From Epiperipatus broadwayi (taxonomy: Eukaryota > Animalia > Onychophora): DNA of 64,000 nt. Below, piece by piece: positions 54,292 through 64,000 of this stretch (position 1 is its first letter; every line of letters starts with the position of its first letter). Position numbers and translations under genes: made by a program. The stretch is from contig JAQFVV010000006.1 in assembly GCA_028023455.1 (NCBI GenBank), positions 16,802,001 to 16,866,000 on the forward strand, given 5' to 3'. The notes beneath the pieces were generated by a model that did no database searches, was not told the DNA's origin, and was given only the letters and a program-made list of their open reading frames with translations.

Positions 54292-54670
54292 TTAATATAT
54301 TTACAGGCTTAAACCTGCATTTATGTATGTAATATATACGGGATTCGAACTCAGACTTTCACACGACCCACTACTCTCAGTGCCATCTCATATTGCTTAC
54401 CCACCTGATCACACACATGTTGAAAAGATAAATAATCACCAATATTCGTATTTCATAATAAACCAGCAATCATCAGTTGGTCTAGATTACTATCCTCACA
54501 CACATATACAGTTGTGAGTTGGAATAGTTTGAAGCCTGTCCATTAAAGTGTGAAGATTGCATATATGTGTGAGGATAGTAATCTAGGCCAACTGATGAGT
54601 GCTGGTTTAGCATGAAATACGTATATTGGTGATTATTTATCTTTTCAACATGTGTGTGATCAGGTGGATC
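54292..54670. mobile_element. Family-C HHR insertion, head-to-head inverted pair, 13-bp TSD
   Basis: TSD ATAAAATAGTGAA (54279-54291, 54671-54683). Minus-sense arm 54292-54512, plus-sense arm ~54520-54670. B-box GAGTTCGAATCCC on the minus strand at 54340-54352. Confidence 0.85.
54587..54630 (+). ncRNA. Type I hammerhead ribozyme, family C, intact core
   Basis: GCCAA-CTGATGA-GTGCT[GGTTT]AGCAT-GAAATACGTATA-TTGGT: 5-bp stem II, palindromic stem III ATACGTAT, cleavage triplet AUA (after 54625), 5-bp stem I. Confidence 0.85.
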
Positions 54671-57514
54671 ATAAAATAGTGAAGTAAAATAATAACTCTA
54701 TTTAATTTTTTTACCCTACAAAAAGCTATTAATTTGTCAATGGGCTCCATTTTGTCTTGAAAGAAATGCTTTCAAAATGGCACTTTAATCACAGCTTGTA
54801 GAAATAAAATTAAATGCTAATCTGCGTTTGTAAACCGATTCTGCATTAACCTATTGTACCCCTAATTTGACCAAAGACAGTCCCTGTAGACATCGGGTTT
54901 TATAAAAGATTTTGTGTGATTTAAATTTATTTCTGGTAAATTTCCCTGTTTTTGAGAATATATTTATTATCTGTGTTAAATTGAAGCACTAAGTTAAAAA
55001 GAGCTCAAACAGGTCATCATTTTAACGATAAAACGGCATAGGTAAGAGTAAAACAAATTACTGTTAAATTATAAATCTAAAATATAGATAATAATTTTAT
55101 AAAATTTCTATGTTTTATTTTAAATACGTGAAAATAAGACACACACCCTCCCCATATCATTTTGAAGAATAGCCCGTCCCTCCAATCACAATTTTCTTGG
55201 AAGAGGGAAAAGATATGCATATATTATTTTCACTCATTAGCAAACTAATATTTTCGGATTACAAAGTTAATTGTTGAATATAATTAATATATTTAAAATA
55301 GTATGCATTTTATAGAATATAAAAATATTTGAAACATTATTTTCATTAGTATGTATCTCAGCATTGTTTTTTTTTTTTTTTAATTATTTAAATAATAGTT
55401 GAATTTCAAGTTTATTAATAATTAAAATGCGATATTTAAATTTAAATAAACTCATTTCAGACCTCCACAAATACTTAGTGATGATGATTTTTTTTTTAAA
55501 CCTGCAAAAGAACTGTAATTTTCTCATGACAATCATCTATTCCCAAATCTGTGAATTGTAAAGAAAGCTCTGAGATCTGTCTTTAAAATCATTTATTTGC
55601 AATTCCAAAGGCATCCCCTCCATATATATATATTTGAAATGAGTAGAAAGTCTATAAGATTAGCACTGTCCATACTTCTTAGGCCTTTAACCACAGCTGA
55701 AAATTTTTTGCATGGATGGAGCTTTAGAAGACAAGCCAATTAATAATATCTATTGGCAAAATAAGATGTAGATATATAAACAAAGAATACAAGTCCATTT
55801 GAATACTAAAATAACCATAATTTGAGAAATCAGCTCAGTAATCGGGACAGATAGTTGGATAAATGAACATATCTTAAGTATCAAGTGGTCGGTAGTATAG
55901 GATAAAAAAGCAGGAACCTTGCTGTAAGTTTGAAGTCTTTGCTAGTGATGGTCAAATACAATTTAAAGGATAAAAAAAAATAAGGTTATGGAATTACTTT
56001 AACAATAATTCATTTAAGTAAAATAAAAAGCGTAATTAAATGGTTAATTGCTTGGGAAGTCCAATGTTGAGCATTAGAAATGACCAGTTGAGCTTTGATC
56101 GGGACTTTAAGATCCATCAACTTACCATTGAGCTAAAATTAAAATGCACAGAGCATTTTTACCATATTGTCATCATAAAGAATAAAAATACTTAAATGAT
56201 TTATTGCTTGGAGTTTGTAAAAAGACCAGGTATTGAACGTGATTGGACTGGCTAAGATCCATAGAATTTGAACTCTTAACATTTGAACTCTTACTACAAT
56301 AAAACTAGGCAAAACATTATTTTAATTCAATTGCAGTAAAGGAACATTGTATACATACATGGGCAGCTTATTAAAATGCTGCAAATTAAAAAAAAAATAC
56401 TATATGGAAATCATTTTTTATCCTAATGTAAATTAGCTTTGGTAACGATAGACACCACTAATTATTGACATATTTAGTCTACGATATATATTACGTTAGA
56501 AATTTATTTTTGTAATCTCCAGTGAATTTATAGATTCAAAACAAAACAAAAAAAAAGGGGGGGGGGTTGCAGCTGTTCAATTTTCTTTTTTCTTTTAATT
56601 TCAATTTTTTAAAAATTTAATATATGTAGTTAAAAAAACAAGACAATTGTAATGCTAAAAAAAAGTTTACTATTATTTTTTTTTTTAAATTGAAGTCACG
56701 ATTTTCCCCTCTCTCTTTTCAATCCATGTTTTCTAGAAAAGTGCAAAAAAAAAATCTTGAATAATTATAGAACATTTGAATAGGCTACTCTTTGGTATAT
56801 TACTGATAATAAAAAAAACAACAACCCAGGAACAACAAGCTAATGGTTTAACTGTTTCGAAGTTAATAAGTTCGAATGCCAGAATCGAATCTGAGACTTC
56901 CCAATCTCCCAAGTCGAACACAGAGAAAACAAAAAAAAAAAAACTATCCTCTTGCCCAAATTAAGTGCTTTTAATATAACCTATTTATTTTATTTTTAAA
57001 GTGTGGGTAATATGATGACATTAATCTGTACAATAGCCCACAGCAGGGCGAATATTTCTCTAACAGTATTTCATAAAAGAACGGCAAACAAAAAGGCAAT
57101 CGTCTCACCTGGTTCTCCAATTCCAAATGGTGAAAGTTTAAACGATTTTTCATAATTTCTGTCAATTTTTGGATGATTAGCTAATTTAGCTATTGGCCAG
57201 CTATTTGAAAAGAATTGCATTTAAGCTTACATTTGAACCTCAGATTGTAGTCATGGCAAATGGCTCTTCTATATTAAGATGTATGTAATTAAATCATATT
57301 AAGTAATAATAAAGAATCTTAAAGCAGAAGCATGTGAATTATAAGAAAAAGATAAAAAAGTGATTACAATGTTAAATGACTTGAAAATAGGCCAAGTGTT
57401 TGAGATTGCTGAATAAACCAGAATAACTGACAGTGGGCAATTGGATAGTTAGCATTCTTACATTGCTGATCTTACACTTTTTTACACCATTCAACAATTG
57501 TTCTTGTTAAGGAA

Positions 57515-58665
57515 GTTAATTTAATTGTAAGAATTGTATGAAAATTTTCTAGTAATTATTTCTTATTACTGCAAAATGAAAGCAATTATAAAACATTGTT
57601 AATTGAGTTGATTTGTTGAAATTAAATATTTAATTATTCATTTAAATAGTTAATTGATTATTAAAGTACTAACTTATTTAAATATTATCATGTTAATTGT
57701 CATTTTATTATTTTTAGGGAAAATTGATTTATTTGTTGGTATATTTTTTTCTCTCTATTAAGTTCATTTAATATGAATTTTACTATATGGAATCGCCTTG
57801 TATATATTTTATCAATGCCTTATTTTTCTCTTTCAAGATAATTTTATTTGACCTATAAGTGATTACAAAAAAAATAAAAATAAAAAAAATAACAAGAAAT
57901 AACTAGACGAGGATACAGGGTGGTATATACAAGGAAGAAATGATTCAAAAGTCAGTAGAATATAACCTGTGGATGCAAGGTGAATATTAATCATCTAGTC
58001 TATAACGAAATACCTTTGTTAGTAAACCCTGTTTTGGCAAGGTATGGTTGGAGGGTTTTATTAAATCATAATAAGATATTAAATCATAATAGATATTTTC
58101 ATATAAATTATTTAGGGGTTGGTTGGAGAGGTGCTGTTTAGACCAGTTGTGAATTCCCAGGTTAGTATGGCCAGGTATGGATCGGCCTCTCTCTTGTCTG
58201 TTTCTTGGATATTTTTAATTATGCTGAGGAAGCAGTTATTGATTTCGTTAAGTGGTAATTTTTGAAAAATCACCTTGCATCTGGTCAACCAGATGGCAAA
58301 GTTTATGTAGGTGGCGAGCCTGATTTCAGCGAAAATGCCTCTATTTAAAACCCCTTCAAGAGATGTTAGATCTGGACCATTATTATCAATGTGTTTCTGG
58401 AAGTTTTGTCTTAGTCCTTGCCAGACCGGACAAAGGCGAAGGATATGGTCCATATCTTCTGGGCTGGAAAGACAGAGACAACATATGGGATCTATGCAGA
58501 AGCCTCTTCTATTAAGAAATATAGCAGTGGAGAGGCTACCAAGGTTAATTTTGAGAAGGAAGTCTGTGTGTTTAGGTGCTAGTTTCAATCTTCGGGCTAG
58601 TTTGCGCAGCAAGTCACTTTTTTTAAATATCTTAGGGTCCCTGGAATACAAGAAGAAGTTCCGCA
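57515..58665 (-). mobile_element. 3' segment of an L1/Tx1-type LINE (ORF2 C-terminus with zf-RVT/CCHC, plus ~600-nt 3'UTR)
   Basis: ORF 58112-58666: FLLKINLGSLST...DPICCLCLSSPEDMDHILRLCP...YINFAIWLTRCKVIF. The 3' boundary is inferred from a degenerate TSD. Confidence 0.8.
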
Positions 58666-59607
58666 AAACATAGCACTCTTTCGAATTACATTAAAAAAAG
58701 GAATAGTGCCATTAGATATCCCCCCACAATCCGTATTGGAAGAGTGCCTCTTTTCATCTCATTCTGGGGAGTAGAATCGCAATGTTTCGAATGCAGGAAG
58801 ACGGGACACCTGCTGCGCAACTGCCCATCCAGACAATGCACCTCTTGCGGTACCTTTGCGGGTCGGTCACATCAGTGTGGTTCAAAAGAAGAGCATATAC
58901 AAGAACAGCAAAACATGCAACAGACAAAACGCGAAATAGAACATAATCAAGATATAAATTTAGAGCATGAGACTTCTATCAAGCTGAAAACATATAATCA
59001 GTCAACAAATGATTCTCATCAAAACAACATAAAAGATCAAAACCAATGCCAAGAAACCAACCCACAGGGATGCCACCAAACACGTCAAAACAAGACAAGC
59101 AAAACTTATTTCTCTTCAACAGACACTTGTTCTGACTTTGAGCAAGAAGAAACGGATGCTGAAACTAGGCAAGAAGAAACTGCAAGCCTCACAGAGTCTG
59201 GGCCTGACCATGTCCCTAAACCCTTCACCACACCACGCAAAAGGAAAAAGCGCCGCAACAGAAACACACAATCCACCACCTTTGTTCACAACAATAACAA
59301 TAGCGGAAATATCGATTCAAATGAGACCACCTCAACCTCTGATGACATACAGTGCAATGCCAGTCCCAACTATAAAAAACGGAAAGATGAATCCCTAAAA
59401 TCAGATAATGACAATACATCAAACTCATATCATACCCAACCTGAAGCTAATACCTCTGGGCAAATAGCCCCCCAAGATTTAACATTATGGATCCCATCAA
59501 CTGATCCTGAAGTCTGCCTAACGCAAAAAGACTACCAGCTCACTGCAAGTATTCTAGCTAATGAACAAGAAACCAAGCAACCTACTTCAAAATGTCATTC
59601 ACAATAA
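58665..59607 (+). pseudogene. ORF1 (gag-like) C-terminal part of the L1/Tx1 element, 5'-truncated
   Basis: CFECRKTGHLLRNC (CX2CX4HX4C knuckle) followed by CTSCGTFAGRSHQC. A 1-nt frameshift in the C-run at ~58720 extends it upstream (ALFRITLKKGIVPLDIPPTIRIGRVPLFISF). Confidence 0.85.
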
Positions 59608-62373
59608 CGTTACTCAACGTCAGAGGGCTTAACTCCAAAGACAGGGCGTTTGCTATCTCACATTGGTTCAAACTCCAAAAACCAGATATACTTTGCTTAT
59701 CAGAAACTAAGCTTCACCTTCACACAGACCCCACGATAATAAAAACAATTGAGAGCTTTGGTTACTTTATTTACTCTTTCTCCATCTCAGCTACCGCTGG
59801 GGTTGCTCTCATCATCAATAGAAATTCAATTATTGACTTCTTCAAAATCCTGCACATAGATACCAATTGCATTATTGCTACTATACAAATCCGGGGTTTT
59901 CTATTCACTCTTATCAATGTGTATCTGGTTAAAGATGAACAAATAGTACACAAAGTTATACATAATATAAACATAGCAATTAGATCGAACCCTAGCCCAG
60001 TTATCTGGCTTGGTGATTTCAACCACACTTTTGACAATTTTGAGAAAAAATATTTAAAGATGGTTGCTAGAAACATACACAGTGGGAAAGCACTCTTTCA
60101 TGAAGGAGCCTTCTCTTTAAATACCAGAAGTACTCACTCGCTCATAGACCTCATATTCTACTTTCCTGAAATGATCTCGTTCATAGATACACAGCTCTGG
60201 CCTATTGCCTTTTCAGATCATCTCACTGTTCAAGCTACCATCAAATTGTAACCACAACTTCATACATCAACCAACCTCCCCCGGATGATGAGATTACTCA
60301 ACAGGCAGATTACTCAACAGGCACAATGTGCCCCCCCCCCCCCAATTAATCTCAGATATATACATCATCTTTCAAGAACAGAAGATATGGAATCTACCAG
60401 CATTACAAGGATGGAATACATTTATAACCACAACACAAAAGTTTATTAACCAATACAATAGATACCAGAAAGGGCCATTAAGATTACTCTCAGAACTTGA
60501 TCGGATTACATCTGAACTGAAAAGCATCCAAGTTACAGAACACAACATCCCACAAATTCTACTCCTAAAACATACATATAAACAAACCAGAATGACTCTT
60601 GTGGAATATATTTGTATTAAGCGAGCACACAATTATCTGGAACAACAAGATTGTTGGACTCCAGGTTATATCAGATGGGCCCTTGGGTCAGGAAAAAGAA
60701 ATCACACACCCTCCTCTTTGTGCTTTGACGGTATTACTTACTCTGGCATCAGTATGCTTAACAAAATTAGGGATTATTATTCCACCAAACTGCAGCCCAT
60801 TGGAACTGTTGCCAGACGACACAAATTTGTGAAAGACTCAAATAACTCTCACAGCATTACTGAAGCTGATATCATCTCCAAAATTAAAAGCCTGCCTGAA
60901 CACACTCATCCCGGCTTAAAAGCCTGCCTGAACACACTCATCCCGGCATGCACGGAATTCCTAGATTTCTTCTGTTACACATGGAAAAATTTACCATACA
61001 TGTTACAAAGGGAATCATTGATCTCTTAGCCACTGATAGCCTACATCTTCTAGGGATCTATCCTATATCAGTGGTCCCTTTCATAAAAAGAAAGATTTAC
61101 CTGTAGACTTAAATAACATTAGGCCAATATCCATGGTTCCTCTCCTAATCAAAATTATCGAAAGCATTATAAAAGATAAAATTCAAGAGAAAATCATATC
61201 AAAACTTTCCAGGCATCAATATGCTAAGAGGGGTTCATCGACTGGTGATGCTGTAAGCCGATTTCGACTCCTCGTTGATCATATCCGTAGAACAAAACAA
61301 TCCCGGCCAGTCGCAGTCCAACTAGACTTTGCCGGGGCTTTTGACTCTGTCCGAATTGATGTACTACTTGGTGAACTAGAGGCTCTTCATGTTCCTTTGG
61401 CATACATTCAGATCATAGAGAATCTCCTAGCAAATCGAGATATTTTTTTTCTCTAAATGGGAGAATTGCCCCTGGGTTCAAACCCTGCATCTCCATTCCC
61501 CAGGGCTCCCCATCAAGTGCTCTCCTCTTCATGATCTATATAAATCCCTTGCTTTTGAGCATTGAGGATGCACTGCCTGGGATCTCCATCCCTCTTCTTA
61601 ATGAAAACATCTCCCACATCTCCTACATGGATGATGTAGTGGTGTTTCTTAAATCACATGAAGAAATAAACATTCTTGAAAGCCTATTACAGCACTATGC
61701 TCAGACGCATGGGCTTACCGTTAACAGGAACAAATCGGCAATTTGGAATATCAAAACAGCTAACAGGATAACAGGTTCATTACAAGCTATGCCTCAGCCT
61801 TTCTTGGGATTCAATATGTCACTATCCCCTACAGCAATGAGGATGGAAACACAACGAAGACTACTAAACAAAATAGACATCATCATAACATGCCTCTCAA
61901 GAATATATATATCTACATTTGGAAAGGTTTCACTCTTAAACTCCCTCATACTCCCCAAGATTATATATTATCTTGCGGGTTTTAAACCAACAGAAGCTTT
62001 CATTAAAAAAGTAGAATCCCATTGTCTGCGACTCTGTAAAGGTGGGCGCAGATCATTTATCAGTCTGCGCACCCTTCAAAAGCCAAGAGACATGAATGGA
62101 CTGGGACTGCATTCAATAAAGGTATTCGCAATACAGAGAACTTACAATATGATCCATAAACTTTATTCTGATTGCAGGACCTTCCAATGTCCGCTTCCCA
62201 AAGAGCAAGTGCTTCCCACTGATAGACCGCCCCCTCAGAGGTTCACTCCCATCTGGCTTCAAATGCAGATCTCATACATTTTTACGCACATAGTACCTTC
62301 CGCGACCATGTTCAATTCAAAAATAACCTATTGGGAAGCCTTCAACCTATCCAAACCTGTTTCAAAATCTTAG
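59592..62373 (+). pseudogene. ORF2 of the L1/Tx1 element (AP endonuclease plus reverse transcriptase), frameshifted, broken before the zf-RVT
   Basis: APE motifs LLNVRGL, LCLSETK, WLGDFN, IDLIF, FSDH; RT motifs LDFAGAFDSV, PQGSPSS, YMDD, FLG. Disrupting 16-bp (60291-60322) and 32-bp (60884-60947) tandem duplications. Confidence 0.9.
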
Positions 62374-62824
62374 GTTCTTTGTTAAGTAGTTTATTTCTAT
62401 TTGGCATTAATCATTCATACCATCTTGTTTCTTGTTTCTATGTAAACATGAGTAATCACTGAAGTATAGATAGTGTTGACAAACACATTCCTAGATTAAT
62501 TTTTAGTTGATGAACTTTTCTCAGTAGATATGTTAAAAACTTCTATTATGCTGTAGAAATTTATTCTTGCACTTCACAAACAATACAGTAATATGTATTT
62601 ATATTCGGTCTTGACTCCAGGGCAGAGGCTATATTTTATTAATTTTTGGTTTAAGGCAATATTATGCATTATTGACTTTTTGGGAGAATACCAAAATAAA
62701 AATAACATGATTTATTTAGTTTCATTTAATAGCAGTAATCTAATACACATTACTATATTGTTGGGGAGATATTTGCATAAGCTTTGAGTAAACATCTCTT
62801 TTCGGATAATAATGTATAACTGAT

Positions 62825-62860
62825 CCCAGACTAGTTTCCTGCCATTGGTCCTTCTGCATG
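62825..62860 (-). ncRNA. Degenerate family-A-like hammerhead remnant
   Basis: Reverse complement ends GAAACTAGTCTGGGA as in family A, but the CUGANGA core is mutated. Confidence 0.35.
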
Positions 62861-63015
62861 ATAACCATCCAACCTACTTTTATTTCTGTTATAGTATTCA
62901 AAATGTTTATTTGTTTTGGTATAGTTTATTTTAATAAATGTGTTTTCTAAACTTCCATTCTGTTGAGATTATTTTTATTAATACTTTTTAAATTTTTTAG
63001 GTACTTGTGTATAAT

Positions 63016-63199
63016 TCAACCGATGACGTATTACCCTGAAGGCATATCAGTCTAATCTTGCAATTTTTAAGATAACGTCTCCAAGTGATTTGCGGACACA
63101 TGTAATCGCTAAAATGTGTCCACAGATCACGTGAACACGGTACGTTAAAAAATGCAACATTAGACTAATATGCCTTCAGGGTAATACGTCATCGGTTGA
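63016..63199. mobile_element. 184-bp palindromic MITE-like element
   Basis: Perfect 32-bp terminal inverted repeat TCAACCGATGACGTATTACCCTGAAGGCATAT, imperfect to ~55 bp; central hairpin GGACACAT/ATGTGTCC; no clear TSD. Confidence 0.75.
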
Positions 63200-63548
63200 T
63201 CACGTGGTAAAAAACAAAAAAACATGGCAAAAATATAAAAATTTAAAAAAAAATTAAACATAAAAAAAAAAAAAAAGAAAAAAAATGTGATGCAGGTCAC
63301 GTGATAAAAAAACAAAAAAAAAAGGCAAAAATCTGACGCAGGTCAGGCAAATAGTAAAAAAAAAAAAAATGTACATGCATGTGTCAAAATAATTTAGAAA
63401 AAACTATATTCTAATTTATAAAACCACCCTATATTATGCTCAATTATAAAAAACAGCGCGTAGCGCTGGAGTTGGCGGGGGGGGCCCTTTGTGTTTTTGA
63501 CAAGCCGTTAGGCTTGGCATACACCTATACCTTGTATTACTCTCATAG

Positions 63549-64000
63549 CTGTAATTTTTATAATTGCCCATGAATTTACGAAAAATAATTTTCTGTACGA
63601 TATAATTTAGAAATTAAAAATTGCCGATGAATTTACGAAAAATAATTTTCTGTATGATACAATTCAGAAATTAAAAATTAAATTAAAACATAATTCAATT
63701 GTAGAAATATTAACAAAAAAATTTTGTAAATTTTAAATAAACAGCTAAATTAAAAAGACGTGATTTAATGCAAATCTGGTATTAATGGCGTCATTTAATG
63801 CAAATCTGGTATTAATGGTGTCGCACCCTGTAATTTTTATAATTGCCAATGAATTTATGAAAAATAATTTTCTGTATGATACAATTCAGAAATTAAAAAT
63901 TAAATTAAAACGTAATTCAATTGCAGAAATATTAACAAAAAAATTTTGTAAATTTTAAATAAACACCTAAATAAAAAAGTCGCGATCTAATGCAAATCTG
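63549..64000. repeat. Tandem repeat/satellite with nested sub-duplications, running off the window edge
   Basis: CTGTAATTTTTATAATTGCC at 63549 and 63828 (period 279). Internal 57-bp (63570/63627) and 30-bp (63764/63794) duplications imply a ~192-bp core unit. Confidence 0.85.

Noticed and set aside
1-64000. CRISPR arrays, rRNA genes, TnpB/Fanzor or an intact Penelope RT
   Set aside because: No repeat-spacer array, rRNA-like sequence, RuvC motifs or PLE RT ORF seen. Most remaining short ORFs in the supplied track are low-complexity, antisense to LINE ORFs, or expected by chance.

Overview
AT-rich (roughly 25-30% GC by eye), largely CpG-depleted eukaryotic DNA, probably from an invertebrate animal. 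It looks mostly intronic or intergenic and is dense with mobile elements. No intact long gene is present; there are only a few short candidate exons of unrecognised host genes. The strongest signal is a set of hammerhead-ribozyme (HHR) retroelements. Two non-coding repeat families with ~455-bp and ~470-bp monomers (called A and C here) carry type I HHRs with palindromic stem III. They occur as partial tandems with a tail-out inverted segment, and four insertions are flanked by exact 12-14-bp target-site duplications (TSDs). A Penelope-like (GIY-YIG) relic at 39.8-41.1 kb has the same inverted architecture and a 12-bp TSD, making its family a plausible mobilising partner. Also present: a 5'-inverted L1/Tx1-type element (57.5-62.4 kb), RTE-, CR1- and other LINE fragments, tRNA-derived SINEs, Merlin-type elements with 8-bp TSDs (one carrying five CTCF-like motifs), and a satellite at the right edge. 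All calls come from reading the sequence by eye; no searches were run.
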